Shown here: positions 10,363 through 20,991 of the stretch, in pieces
How positions within the stretch are numbered: position 1 is the first letter of the stretch
Layout of the letters: every line of letters begins with the position of its first letter
Position numbers and translations under genes: made by a program
Notes under the pieces: model-generated
What the model saw: the letters and a program-made list of their open reading frames with translations, nothing else
Databases searched by the model: none
What the model was told of the DNA's origin: nothing
Origin: an uncultured Acidobacteriota bacterium
Lineage (GTDB): Bacteria; Acidobacteriota; Terriglobia; UBA7540
Assembly: GCA_963804995.1 (NCBI GenBank)
Contig: CAWDSK010000006.1
Coordinates: 512,001-576,000 of the forward strand
Direction: 5' to 3'
DNA length: 64,000 nt

Positions 10363-11322
10363 TCACTTCCCCATGGCCTGATCGATGGCGGTCAGAATCG
10401 CATCGGGCGCCTGGGGCTGGCCTTGCTGATTGAGGGCCGCGAAATTGTAATTAGTTCCCTTCGCCAACTTGATGTGAAAGACGCCCATGGCCGCCAAGTA
10501 CACGGCGTTCCGCTTGGCTTCTCTTACGGTGTTCAAGGGTATTTCAAAGTTGTGAATACCGTTGTTACTCTTATAAACTATCATTCCATTGCCAATCGAC
10601 ATGATCCCGACGCAATAATTCTGCCCGCTCTGCCCATGATCGTGCGCCACGGAAAAGGAGACGAATCCCGTGTGGGGCATGTTGGTGAGCGTGGGAGGGG
10701 ACGGGGTGGTGACTTGCGGCTGGGCGGGCGGGGGCGGATTGTAAACGGGGGGAGGCGCCGCTGCCGCCTGCAGATCGGCCGCCACCGTGGTCGTCTGCCC
10801 GACGGTCACCGTCACAGCCTGTTCGCTATCCTGATACCCGGCGAGCGCCAGGCGCACCCGGTGATTCCCCGGCCCGATGCGGGTCAATCTCAGCTTGCCC
10901 TGCAGGCTGGTCGTGCCCACGGGCACATCATCCACGTACACCTGGCATTCACCAGGATGCGACTGAATCATCAGCACCGTGGTGGAACCGGGACTCGGAG
11001 TGGCGTGGGGAGTCCGGGCGGGCAGGGAAGACGCGCGCGGTGCGAGTCCGCGTAAAACCTGAATGAGATCGTCTGACCCGTTGGCAGCACGGATGTCCCT
11101 CTCCGCAGCGGCGTCCATGGGAAAGGCAATGCCCTTTTGCTTGGCAATTTCCGCCACGCGCGTGCTCGCCACACCGCCGGTGAGCAGTTCAATCACATCC
11201 TTCTCGGATAATTTCTTGCCGGCGTTCTGGGATTGCGCCGTAACCGGGCAAAGCGCCATGGCCACCAGAAGGATGATCAGGAATGCCAGGACCCGGTGTT
11301 TACTCTCATTGAAAGGATTCAT
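10363..11322 (-). CDS. Secreted PEGA-domain protein
   Basis: Signal peptide; IQSHPGECQVYVDD..VGTT...GPGNHRVRLALAGYQD; Pro-rich linker. Confidence 0.8.
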   Translation of the reverse strand: MNPFNESKHRVLAFLIILLVAMALCPVTAQSQNAGKKLSEKDVIELLTGGVASTRVAEIAKQKGIAFPMDAAAERDIRAANGSDDLIQVLRGLAPRASSLPARTPHATPSPGSTTVLMIQSHPGECQVYVDDVPVGTTSLQGKLRLTRIGPGNHRVRLALAGYQDSEQAVTVTVGQTTTVAADLQAAAAPPPVYNPPPPAQPQVTTPSPPTLTNMPHTGFVSFSVAHDHGQSGQNYCVGIMSIGNGMIVYKSNNGIHNFEIPLNTVREAKRNAVYLAAMGVFHIKLAKGTNYNFAALNQQGQPQAPDAILTAIDQAMGK

Positions 11323-11400
11323 GTGCGGAGGCGTTACGACAACCTACTGGGACATGTCCCCCAGGCGCGCCGGCGAGAGTCTACGCGAGCGTAGTCCCAC

Positions 11401-13467
11401 CTAATGCAGGACCTTGTCTTCAATTTCCTTGGCCTTGCGCGCTTTCGCGACTTGATCCTTCAGTTTGGCATTGTTTGGATCAATTTTTAACCCATCTTCG
11501 TAAGCCGCGATCGCTGATTCATACTCGCCACGACCGAAGTAGAAATTACCCAAGGTAATCTTATCCTTCACGTCGGGAGGAGGTTTTACCGTCCGCGTGG
11601 CGTTTTTGATCTTGCCGGGCAGCACGCTGTTCGAAGGATCCAGGATCAAAGCTTCCTGGTATGCGGCGACTGCCTTCTCGTTTTCGCCGCGACTCAGGTA
11701 AGCATCCCCCTCAGCATCGTTCTTCTTAACCTGGTTGGCGCGCGCCAGCCGGTCGCTAACCTCGGAGTTCTGAGGATCGAGATTTGCGCCGTCCTGGTAA
11801 GCGGAGATGGCCTGGTCGTACTGGCCGCGATTCAGATAGTTATCACCCCTCTTTATCGCCGCGCGGACCTTCGCCGGGTCAGCTTTGCGGGGTGGGGGTG
11901 GGGGAGGCGGCACAACAACGTTGGGGGCTGTCACAGTGACGAACGCCGTGCGGTGGTCCGTGGCGCCCCCTTGTCCGGTGACGTTCAGGGTGTATGTGGT
12001 CGATGATAGTGGGGTGACCGACGTAGAACCCTGCGCCTGGACCTTGCCCACTCCTGGTTCCAAGTCCAGGTCCGTGGCGCCTTGGGAAGACCAGGTCAAC
12101 GTGACGGATTGGCCTTTCTCGATACTGGACGGAGCTGCACTCAGCGAAGCGGTCAGCGTTTCCCCCGGAGGTTTCGGCGTCGGGGTGAGAATATACAAAA
12201 TCCCGCCCGCCAATCCCACGATCAGGACAATCAATGCCACCCACATCCCCCAACGCGATTCCGGAGGCTTGGGCCTTTGGACCACAGGCTGAGGAATGGG
12301 TGGCGGAGGCTGTGGCCTTGGCTGGGGTAGGGGTTGCGGTTTCACAACCCTGGGCTGTTCAGGCTGCCGCGGCTGAGGAATCGGCGGCCGGGGAATAACC
12401 TGCCCCACCGCGGCAGACGGGTCAAGGCTGTGTGCCGAGTGCCCGCCGCCCGCCGCATTCATCTCATCGACAGTCACCACGTGGGTCGGGACCGAGTCCT
12501 CGGTGGCCATCTCCCTTTCGGCCCTTTCAATCTCCTGGATCAGCGCCCGTCCGGAAGCGGGGCGCAGATCGCGATTCTTCTCGAGCAGCCGCATGGTCAA
12601 CATGGCCACGGGTTCAGGCACTTGCAGTTCCGGATGCGCTACCCAGATGGGGGCCGGAGGCTTCTGCATGTGCGCGAGCAGCATCTCCATGGTGGTGTCG
12701 GCCTTGAAGGGAAGGTCTGCGGTCAGCATCTGGTACATCACGATGCCGAGCGAGTAAAGGTCCGCGCGGCCATCCAATTCATCGCCACGTTTCCCCATGG
12801 CCTGTTCAGGAGACATGTACTGCGGTGTGCCGATGACCACGCCGGTGCCCGTCAGGGTCAGGCCCTGGCCCTCACCAATTCGAGCTTCCTTCACCTTGGC
12901 GATTCCGAAGTCGAGAACTTTCACCATCTCGCCCTCAGGAGCGTCCACCAGGGCGATGTTCTCCGGCTTTATGTCGCGGTGGACCATGCCCAGCCGGTGC
13001 GCTGCATCGAGGGCCGCCGCCGCCTGTTTGATGAGATTACACACACGCTCGGCGGGAAGCGGGCCTTGCTCGCGGATAAGCTTTTTCAGGCTGATGCCCT
13101 CGATGAACTCCATGACAATGAAGGGGCGTCCATCTTCGGCCTCGTCGATATCGTCCACGCGCACGGCGTTAGGGTGCTGAAGCTTCCTGGTGATCACGGC
13201 CTCGTGCTTGAAACGCTTCACGAAAAGTTCGTCGCTCAGCAACTCCGGCGCGATCACCTTCAGCGCCCGCAATTCGTCAAACGCCAAGTGCAAGGCCTTA
13301 TAAACTGCGCCCATACCGCCCTGCCCAACCTTGCTCAAGAGGCGGTATTTCCCACGGATCACACTTCCTTCCGACCAGGTTCCGATGTCGAGGAGCGGAG
13401 TGCCATCCTGAGGGCAGACGGCAAAGTTATTTGGATAACTTCCTTGGCATGTCGGGCAACTCTTCAT
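11401..13467 (-). CDS. Hanks-type Ser/Thr kinase with TM helix, Ig-like region and TPRs
   Basis: GQGGMG, HRDIKPEN, DFG, GTPQYMSPEQ; TM segment WVALIVLIVGLAGGILYIL; C-terminal TPRs. Confidence 0.95.
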   Translation of the reverse strand: MKSCPTCQGSYPNNFAVCPQDGTPLLDIGTWSEGSVIRGKYRLLSKVGQGGMGAVYKALHLAFDELRALKVIAPELLSDELFVKRFKHEAVITRKLQHPNAVRVDDIDEAEDGRPFIVMEFIEGISLKKLIREQGPLPAERVCNLIKQAAAALDAAHRLGMVHRDIKPENIALVDAPEGEMVKVLDFGIAKVKEARIGEGQGLTLTGTGVVIGTPQYMSPEQAMGKRGDELDGRADLYSLGIVMYQMLTADLPFKADTTMEMLLAHMQKPPAPIWVAHPELQVPEPVAMLTMRLLEKNRDLRPASGRALIQEIERAEREMATEDSVPTHVVTVDEMNAAGGGHSAHSLDPSAAVGQVIPRPPIPQPRQPEQPRVVKPQPLPQPRPQPPPPIPQPVVQRPKPPESRWGMWVALIVLIVGLAGGILYILTPTPKPPGETLTASLSAAPSSIEKGQSVTLTWSSQGATDLDLEPGVGKVQAQGSTSVTPLSSTTYTLNVTGQGGATDHRTAFVTVTAPNVVVPPPPPPPRKADPAKVRAAIKRGDNYLNRGQYDQAISAYQDGANLDPQNSEVSDRLARANQVKKNDAEGDAYLSRGENEKAVAAYQEALILDPSNSVLPGKIKNATRTVKPPPDVKDKITLGNFYFGRGEYESAIAAYEDGLKIDPNNAKLKDQVAKARKAKEIEDKVLH

Positions 13468-13823
13468 GAGATTCCCTATTCAACCTACCTTCGCCAGAGT
13501 ATATCACGAGCTGACAATAAGAAAATCGGCTCAAAGGCCCCTGGCTTTAGCGGTTTGTGACCTCCCCGCGGTGGTCCTAACCAAGAGCTTAAATCCATGA
13601 CCAGCGGGGACTTTCCTTTGAGGGGCAATGACCACCTCAGGGCGGTCCACAAAGGTCAGAAGTGTACTCCGGAACTGGCTTCAAGGTAAACCTTTACGCG
13701 CAAAATCCGGGCCGCGTCGTCGGCCCTTCATTCCCCCTGGGATTCCTAAGCAAGATTTCATCGCCCCCCCTCTTAAAATACAGAACGCTGATCACAGTGT
13801 ATCTTGCGAAGGAAAGCAGGGTC

Positions 13824-14024
13824 TCATTCCTTTGGAATCTGTCCAAAGGGAATTGGCGCGCGATACTCCCAGTCAGCCGTGACGTTGGTTTTGTACCGAA
13901 ACAGTTTGCAGACTTCGCAAAGCTGCGCAACTGCGTAAGGGCTATCCTGATCGTGCCATTGGTGGTGGCACGTACCCGCCAACGGTTTTTTTTGCTCCGG
14001 CAAAATCGATTCATCCATCATCAT
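13824..14024 (-). CDS. Small hypothetical protein with CxHxW...CxxC putative Zn site
   Basis: CHHQW and CEVC in a ~65-aa ORF co-oriented with its neighbours. Confidence 0.5.
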   Translation of the reverse strand: MMMDESILPEQKKPLAGTCHHQWHDQDSPYAVAQLCEVCKLFRYKTNVTADWEYRAPIPFGQIPKE

Positions 14025-14103
14025 CCGTCCTGAACGCTCCATGGGTCCGGTTAGTTTGGCTCGAGGCGCAGCACCAGGAAGCCTGGCAATCCTCCGCAGG
14101 TTT

Positions 14104-15264
14104 TCACTTAACCTTCACCAGCACTACACCATGCTTTGGAACCACGGCCTTGAAGGGGTCCGACACCACGCCCAGGTCCTTCTTAGCCCAGAGGTCGCGC
14201 ACGCTTACCGCGTCCCCCACGCCAATATCCCGGAAGTGCGCGGTCACAGGCATGGTGGATTCTCCCCGATTGAACAAGCCCACGGCCTTACTTCCGTCGG
14301 CGAGCGGTTTCACCCATATCTCCAGCGGGCCTTCTTGCGCCACGATGTATGCCTGGATACCGGCCGGATCCTGGTCGACCGCGATCACTTCCGGATTCGT
14401 CAAGATCGCGAGGGTCTCAGGGCTCATCTTGGAGAGGTCGTTTCCAGCGAGCAACGGGGCTGCCAGCAGACACCACAAGCTCATGTGGGTGAGGTATTCG
14501 TCGTGCGTCATCTTGCCATTTCCGACTTCCAGCATGTCGGGGTCATTCCAGTGGCCCGGGCCGGCAAAGCGTTCCAGGCCGCCTTGTCCAAAGCCGATAT
14601 ACGCCATGCTGTCGTAGTTATCCCGGATGTCATCGGTGGTGCGCCACAAGTTGCCCCCCACGGACGGCGCCCAAGACCAGACCCGATCCATCCCGTATTG
14701 GCAAAGGCTGAAGACGATCGGCCGCCCGGCCTTTACCAGCGCCTCGTGCATCTTTCGGTAGGCGGAAATCTGGGCGGGCACATTTCCCTTGAAACTGCAA
14801 TAGTCGTACTTCAGATAATCAAAACCCCACTGTGCGTAGGTCTCCGCGTCCTGCTCTTCGTGGCCGAAGCTGCCCTCGAAACCCGCGCAGGTCTTGGGGC
14901 CCGGCGAAGAGTAGATTCCAATCTTTAAGCCTTTGCCGTGGACGTAGTCGGCCAGCGCCTTCATGTCGGGAAATTTCCCATTGGCCCGAATGAAGCCTTT
15001 CTCGTCACGCGTGCCCTGCCAGCAGTCGTCGATGTTCACATACGTGTAACCGGCCGCTTTCATCCCGTTGGTCGCGATGGCGTCTGCGGCGGAGCGCACG
15101 TCGGCTTCGGTGACCTTGCAGGCAAAATGGTTCCAACTGTTCCAACCCATGGGAGGCGTGCGCGCCAAGCCTGTGCCCTGGGCAAGCAGGCTGGAACCTG
15201 AACCGAGCACGAGAATGAAAAAGAAGAAAGTTTGCGTCCACCCGCGATCAAGACGGCTATTCAT
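14104..15264 (-). CDS. GH27 alpha-galactosidase (secreted)
   Basis: TPPMGWNSWN, NIDDCW, DYLKYDYC, WRTTDDI and WNDPDMLEVGN motifs. Confidence 0.95.
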   Translation of the reverse strand: MNSRLDRGWTQTFFFFILVLGSGSSLLAQGTGLARTPPMGWNSWNHFACKVTEADVRSAADAIATNGMKAAGYTYVNIDDCWQGTRDEKGFIRANGKFPDMKALADYVHGKGLKIGIYSSPGPKTCAGFEGSFGHEEQDAETYAQWGFDYLKYDYCSFKGNVPAQISAYRKMHEALVKAGRPIVFSLCQYGMDRVWSWAPSVGGNLWRTTDDIRDNYDSMAYIGFGQGGLERFAGPGHWNDPDMLEVGNGKMTHDEYLTHMSLWCLLAAPLLAGNDLSKMSPETLAILTNPEVIAVDQDPAGIQAYIVAQEGPLEIWVKPLADGSKAVGLFNRGESTMPVTAHFRDIGVGDAVSVRDLWAKKDLGVVSDPFKAVVPKHGVVLVKVK

Positions 15265-15681
15265 AATCTGGCTCCTAACAAGAGAATCGTGTCAGTACAG
15301 CGTTTGCTCCAGAAAAGCACTGTTGCCGCGCGCAGTGTACTACCTCGTGATGCAATCGTCCAGTTCGACTATCAGGGGTGTTCAACTAGAAAGGGAGACA
15401 CCGCTGAGGGAATCAGCCGGTCTTTCTCTCCAGCCAGAACCAACTTCTACGAGCGGTTGAAAGGGCGGGGCGCCAGCCTTGAAGTCAATCCCCGGCAGAA
15501 TGTAACCTGACTCCACTCTCGAAGCATCTAATCGGAAACCAATCCGTGTATAATCTATGCCGGAAGTAATTTCTGAAGGAAATCCTGGTACAGGGTTTCT
15601 CTCCAATCAGTAAGATCGTCATCAGGGCAACGAGAGCGAGTCATCAATAAGACTGTGCCGTGAGCAGAGTGGCATGGCCGC

Positions 15682-16662
15682 GTGCTGCCTGACTGGCACA
15701 CTGGGCCTGAGAATTCACTCCCCGAGGGATATTCCGTGGCGAAGGAAGCGGGATTGGGTCCAATATCGTTCAGACGTGGATGGGTCTTCATTGCTTTGGT
15801 CGCGATGGGTCTGATCATTGCCTGGAACGCCCGATCTGCCGGGGTTCCAGGTCAGGAAAAACCGAAGGCCACCGTCGCCGCCAAACCGGCAGCCAACCGG
15901 GGTGGCGAGGCTCTTTTCCGCGTGAATTGCGCCGACTGCCATGGGCTTGATGCGCGCGGCGGAAGCCAGGGACCGGACCTCACCGCCAGTCGGGCGATGC
16001 ATGGCGAAAGTGATGCCGCGCTCATCCGCACGATTACCAAGGGCGTTCCCGGAACTGCCATGCCGGCAAATGATCTCACCGAACCAGAGACTCGACTGGT
16101 CATCGCTTATGTCCGAGCCCTGGCGGCGGGCGTTCATGTCGAAATAACTGGCGACCGCGAAAAGGGCAAAACCATTTTCTACGGCAAGGGAAACTGCACG
16201 AGTTGCCACATGGTCAATGGCCAGGGAGGACGTTTGGGGCCGGACCTCTCAGGGGTCGGCGCGTCTCGGTCCATTCAATACCTGATCGATTCGATCCGTG
16301 AGCCCAGCAAGGAATTGACCGAGGGAATGGGCCAGTTGAACAGCCAATTCGAATCGCCGGCCATCTACGAAACCGTCACCGTGGTGACCCAGGACGGCAA
16401 GCGTATCATCGGGGTACCCAGGAACGAAGACAACTTCTCAATTCAGTTGCTGGATACAAGTGAGGAGCTGCATCTGTTCTTGAAGAAAGATCTCAAGGAG
16501 GTCATTCACGAACGGAAATCGCTGATGCCTCCCTACGACGAAAACACAATTAGCAAAGCGGAACTCCAGGACCTTCTGGCGTTTCTCCAAACCTTGCACC
16601 CAACGAAAGCACTGACTGGAGAACCGCCTAAGAAGGCATTGACCAAGGCTCCCAATAAGTAA
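15682..16662 (+). CDS. Diheme c-type cytochrome with putative heme-binding domain
   Basis: CADCH and CTSCH, GPDL motifs, SLMP; N-terminal TM; start may be GTG 15736. Confidence 0.88.
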   Translation: MLPDWHTGPENSLPEGYSVAKEAGLGPISFRRGWVFIALVAMGLIIAWNARSAGVPGQEKPKATVAAKPAANRGGEALFRVNCADCHGLDARGGSQGPDLTASRAMHGESDAALIRTITKGVPGTAMPANDLTEPETRLVIAYVRALAAGVHVEITGDREKGKTIFYGKGNCTSCHMVNGQGGRLGPDLSGVGASRSIQYLIDSIREPSKELTEGMGQLNSQFESPAIYETVTVVTQDGKRIIGVPRNEDNFSIQLLDTSEELHLFLKKDLKEVIHERKSLMPPYDENTISKAELQDLLAFLQTLHPTKALTGEPPKKALTKAPNK

Positions 16663-16676
16663 CCAGGTAAACCGAT

Positions 16677-18296
16677 ATGCGGATGAGAACGAATCAAGTC
16701 TTGCTGAATTTATTGCTGGCGTGCGTCGTCGCTCCTACCTTCGCGCAAGTCACTTCCGATCGATTGCTCAAAACCGCGCGCGAGCCACAGAATTGGCTGA
16801 CGTACTCGGGCAACTACGCGGGCTGGCGGTACAGCACGCTCGACCAGATTAATGTCTCGAACATCAGCAGGCTCCAGGCGCAATGGGTTTTCCAAAGTGG
16901 CGTGCAGGGTCTTTTCGAGACCACTCCGCTGGTAGTGGATGGCGTCCTTTACGGGACCGGGCCTGAGGACGTGGCCTTCGCGGTGGACGCGCGCACGGGC
17001 AAAGCCATCTGGCGGTACAAGCGGGCGCTTCCTGAGAAAATGACGGTCTGTTGCGGCCACGTCAATCGCGGATTCGCAATCCTCGGCTCGAAGGTCTTCA
17101 TGGCGACACTCGATGCCCACGTGATTGCCCTCGATACGAAAACCGGGAACCTGGTGTGGGATACCCCGGCAGCGGATTCGAGCAAAGGTTACAGCTTCAC
17201 CCTGGCGCCGCTCCTGGTTAAGGACAAAGTCGTGGTCGGTGTTTCCGGGGGCGAGTATGGCATTCGTGGATTCATCGATGCCTACGACGCGAACACCGGC
17301 AAGCGAGTTTGGCGCCACTACACCGTTCCTGTCCCTGGCGAACCCGGCGCCGAAACCTGGAGCGGAACTTCCTGGAAGACCGGGGGCGCGCCGGCCTGGA
17401 TCACGGGCTCTTATGATCCCGACCTGAATCTGCTTTATTGGCCCACCGGCAATCCTTCCCCCGACTTGTATGGCCGCGACCGCCAGGGCGACAACCTCTT
17501 CAGCGACTGCCTGCTGGCGCTCGATGCGGATTCGGGCAAGCTCAAATGGTATTTCCAGTTTACCCCGCACGACGTGTACGACTACGATGCCACGGAAGTG
17601 CCCATCCTCCTGGACGCCGATTGGAACGGCCAGCCCCGCAAGCTGCTGCTCCACGCCAATCGCAACGGCTTCTACTATGTGCTGGATCGCACCAATGGCC
17701 AGTTCCTGCTCGCGAAACAATACGCCAAGGTGACCTGGGCGAAAGGTATCGATGCGGCAGGCAGGCCCATTCCGCAATTCCGAGACCTTCCCCTTTCCGG
17801 AAACACGAATCTCTGCCCCAGCGTTTTGGGAGCGACGAATTGGTTTTCGCCCTCCTACAATCCGCAAACCGGCCTGGTTTATGTGTCCGCGTTTGAGCGC
17901 TGTGAGAACTTCACCTCCTGGCCTCAACCCTACGAGGAAGGTCATCGTTTCATCGGAAGCACCGGAAATAAGCTCAAGGATGAAAAAGACTGGGGAGCGG
18001 TTCGCGCCCTTGACCCCCATTCTGGTGAAATGAAATGGGAATTCAAATTCTATTCCGGCCCCTGGGCAGGTACGTTGTCGACGGCCGGCGGTCTGGTTCT
18101 CACCGGCGATATCGATGGCAACCTGATCGCCTTGGATGCGCGGACCGGCGAGCACCTGTGGCATTTCCAAACCGGCGCTGCGGTCAACTCTGCCCCCATG
18201 ACCTTCTCTGTTGACGGCAAGCAGTACATCGCCATTCCCGCCGGTGGCGCCCTCTTCACTTTTGGACTTCCAGATGGGGAGATCCAAGGGCACTGA
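16677..18296 (+). CDS. PQQ-dependent dehydrogenase-like quinoprotein (methanol/ethanol family)
   Basis: Vicinal CC, NRG, GGEYGIRG, GNPSP, HDVYDYD and Trp-docking beta-propeller repeats. Confidence 0.92.
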   Translation: MRMRTNQVLLNLLLACVVAPTFAQVTSDRLLKTAREPQNWLTYSGNYAGWRYSTLDQINVSNISRLQAQWVFQSGVQGLFETTPLVVDGVLYGTGPEDVAFAVDARTGKAIWRYKRALPEKMTVCCGHVNRGFAILGSKVFMATLDAHVIALDTKTGNLVWDTPAADSSKGYSFTLAPLLVKDKVVVGVSGGEYGIRGFIDAYDANTGKRVWRHYTVPVPGEPGAETWSGTSWKTGGAPAWITGSYDPDLNLLYWPTGNPSPDLYGRDRQGDNLFSDCLLALDADSGKLKWYFQFTPHDVYDYDATEVPILLDADWNGQPRKLLLHANRNGFYYVLDRTNGQFLLAKQYAKVTWAKGIDAAGRPIPQFRDLPLSGNTNLCPSVLGATNWFSPSYNPQTGLVYVSAFERCENFTSWPQPYEEGHRFIGSTGNKLKDEKDWGAVRALDPHSGEMKWEFKFYSGPWAGTLSTAGGLVLTGDIDGNLIALDARTGEHLWHFQTGAAVNSAPMTFSVDGKQYIAIPAGGALFTFGLPDGEIQGH

Positions 18297-18536
18297 TCCC
18301 TTTGGACCTGAATTCCAACTGTCTGCCCTCACGGGCCTGAGGCGGGCGCTTCGCGACCTGTCCCGATTTGATCGGGAACCACCCCTACTTTCCACCTTCA
18401 ACTTTCGACTTTCAACTATCGACTAATCGGTGATACCTTGCCGCGCAGTGCAGAGGCCGTCTCCTGGCAGGAGTGCAAGTCGTCTTGCCCACATAGTTTT
18501 AATCTGCGGCGGCCAGCCATCATTCAAGGAGGACTC

Positions 18537-19868
18537 ATGCTCCCAGATAAATTCATGGAAAGGCGAAAGTTTCTTAAAGGCGTAGCAGCGGCAGGGGCTG
18601 GCCTTGCGGCGGGGCTAAGCTCAGGACCCGCGCTGCTGGCCCAGAAGTCTCCCAACGACGTCATCGGGGTGGCCCACATCGGCGTGGGGACGCAAGGGCA
18701 CCGTCTGTTGGGGTTCTCTCAGGCGGTCCCCAATGCCGAAGTTCGCGTCATCTGTGATATTTATCAGGGCAACGTGGAGCGCGCCAAGCGGTTGTGCAAA
18801 AACCCGCAAGTCCGTTTCGTTCACGAATGGGAAAAGGTGCTCGAAGACCCTGACATCGATGCCGTGGTCATCGCCGTGCCGGATTTCTGGCACGCGCCGA
18901 TGGTGATTGCGGCCGCGCAGGCGAAGAAGGACATCTACGTTGAGAAAGGTTGGTGCACGAGGCTCGCCGACGCCAAGAAGATGCGCGCGGCGATAAAGGA
19001 CAACAAAGTCGTCATGCAGTTGGGGCACAATTACAACAGCCTGCCCGCCTATCACAAGGCGCGAGAGATTTTCCGTTCCGGCGACATGGGCAAGGTGCCG
19101 CTGATTCGCACCTACATCGACCGGGCCGAGACGCGGCCCATGTGGAAGTTCTACACCGATTACGACATTCACGAATTGCCCAAGGATGCAGGGCCCAACA
19201 CGATTGACTGGGACCGCTTCATCGCCAATGCCCCCAAGCGCCCCTTCGATGCCGAGCGCTTTTTTACGTGGAGGTGCTACTGGGATTACGGCACCGGTAT
19301 CGCGGGCGACCTACTGAGCCATCTTTGGGACGGTGTCAACATGATCGTGGGCATGGGGATTCCTGACACCGCCGTGACCCAGGGCGGAACGTATTTCTGG
19401 ACCGGCGATCGCGAAGTCCCGGACCAATGGAATGTCCTGTTCGACTATCCCAAGCAGAATATGGGACTGAGCTTCGCCTGCAATTTTCATAACTGCCATG
19501 TGGGTGAGATGACCCAAATTCTGGGCCGGGATTTGACCGTGGAAGTGAACACGGGCCTGTGCCGAACCTACAGTCCGGAGTGGAAGCCCGAGCATCAACT
19601 GAAAGTGAAGAGGGCGCAGGAACTGGCGTGGCAGTTCGGCCTGGAACCAAAAGACGCCGTCGTGCTGCCGGACTACACGATGAAACCCGGAGAGGTTGTG
19701 GTCACCTCCCACATGCAGGATTTTCTCGACTGCACGCGGACGCGCACCGTGCCGCGCTGCGGAGTCGACCGGGCCTTCGAGGAAGCCGCCACCATCCTAA
19801 TGTCGGTGGAGGCCTTCAAGAAGGACCGCAAAGTACGTTGGGACCCGGTCAAGGAGGAAATCGTCTGA
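18537..19868 (+). CDS. Tat-exported Gfo/Idh/MocA oxidoreductase
   Basis: RRKFLK Tat motif, PDFWH, YVEK; AAGGAGG RBS. Confidence 0.9.
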   Translation: MLPDKFMERRKFLKGVAAAGAGLAAGLSSGPALLAQKSPNDVIGVAHIGVGTQGHRLLGFSQAVPNAEVRVICDIYQGNVERAKRLCKNPQVRFVHEWEKVLEDPDIDAVVIAVPDFWHAPMVIAAAQAKKDIYVEKGWCTRLADAKKMRAAIKDNKVVMQLGHNYNSLPAYHKAREIFRSGDMGKVPLIRTYIDRAETRPMWKFYTDYDIHELPKDAGPNTIDWDRFIANAPKRPFDAERFFTWRCYWDYGTGIAGDLLSHLWDGVNMIVGMGIPDTAVTQGGTYFWTGDREVPDQWNVLFDYPKQNMGLSFACNFHNCHVGEMTQILGRDLTVEVNTGLCRTYSPEWKPEHQLKVKRAQELAWQFGLEPKDAVVLPDYTMKPGEVVVTSHMQDFLDCTRTRTVPRCGVDRAFEEAATILMSVEAFKKDRKVRWDPVKEEIV

Positions 19869-19982
19869 ATCGATTTGCAGGTTCAATGCTCATGAATCAA
19901 TTGCTCAATCCACCCTGCACGTCACTGGTCTCTCGTCACTTGTCACTCGTCACTCGTCACTGTGCTTGGGAGGCTGCCACGC

Positions 19983-20942
19983 ATGCGCGATGACTTGTGC
20001 CGCTCAGCCATCGAGGCGATTGGAGAAACCCCGCTTGTCGAGCTCGCCCGCATCACTCGTGACCTGGGCGGAAGAATTCTTGCCAAGCTCGAAAATCTGA
20101 ACCCGGGATACTCGAAGAAAGACCGCATCGCGCGGCAGATCATCGAGGATGCGGAAGCGGGGAAAGCCCTCCGGCCGGGCCAGACGGTGGTCGAGTTGAC
20201 GAGCGGGAACACGGGGACCGGTCTCGCCATCGTCTGCGGAATCCGCGGATACCCTTTTGTGGCGGTGATGTCCAAAGGGAATTCCAAGGAACGCGCCCAG
20301 ATGATGGCCGCCCTGGGCGCGGAGGTGGTCCTGGTTGATCAGCTTCCCGGTTCCGTGCCGGGCCAGGTTTCCGGTGGTGACTTGGAGTTGGTCGAGCAGG
20401 AAGCGCAACGCATCGTTGAAACTCGCCAGGCCTTTCGCGCCGATCAATTCAAACTCGAAAGCAACTTTCGCGCCCACTACCTGCACACTGGCCCTGAGAT
20501 TCTGCGGCAGGCAAAGAATCAGGTGGACGCTTTTTGTGATTTTGCGGGAACGGGCGGCTCGTTTGGAGGCTGTGCCGCCGCCTTCAAGGAAGCAAACCCG
20601 CAGATTCGGTGCTATGTTGTCGAACCACGGGGCGCCGCCGTGCTCGCCGGGGAACCCGCTACCCATCCCAATCACCGCATCCAGGGCGGCGGCTATTCGA
20701 TGCCGGACCTCAAGTTCATCAAGCCTGAACTGGTCGATGGCTACCTGCAAGTGAGCGACGAGGAAGCTATCCAAGCCACGCGGCGCCTGGCTAAAGAGGA
20801 AGGCATCTTCGCCGGGTTCTCCTCGGGAGCGAACCTGGCCGCTGCACTACAATTGCTTCAGGGCCCGCACCAAGGCAAAACCATCGCCATCCTCATCTGC
20901 GACTCCGGGTTGAAGTACTTGACGACCGACCTATGGACGTAA
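19983..20942 (+). CDS. PLP-dependent cysteine synthase family protein
   Basis: IGETPLV, NPGYSKKDR, TSGNTG and GTGGS motifs. Confidence 0.9.
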   Translation: MRDDLCRSAIEAIGETPLVELARITRDLGGRILAKLENLNPGYSKKDRIARQIIEDAEAGKALRPGQTVVELTSGNTGTGLAIVCGIRGYPFVAVMSKGNSKERAQMMAALGAEVVLVDQLPGSVPGQVSGGDLELVEQEAQRIVETRQAFRADQFKLESNFRAHYLHTGPEILRQAKNQVDAFCDFAGTGGSFGGCAAAFKEANPQIRCYVVEPRGAAVLAGEPATHPNHRIQGGGYSMPDLKFIKPELVDGYLQVSDEEAIQATRRLAKEEGIFAGFSSGANLAAALQLLQGPHQGKTIAILICDSGLKYLTTDLWT

Positions 20943-20991
20943 GGCGGCGAATCGGGTCATCGGGCCATCGGGCGATCGCGCCTGCCGATGT

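Noticed and set aside
16710..18401. Long antisense ORFs (also 12334-13560, 27551-28714, 29445-30518, 38628-39677)
   Set aside because: Shadows of real genes in high-GC DNA with no motifs
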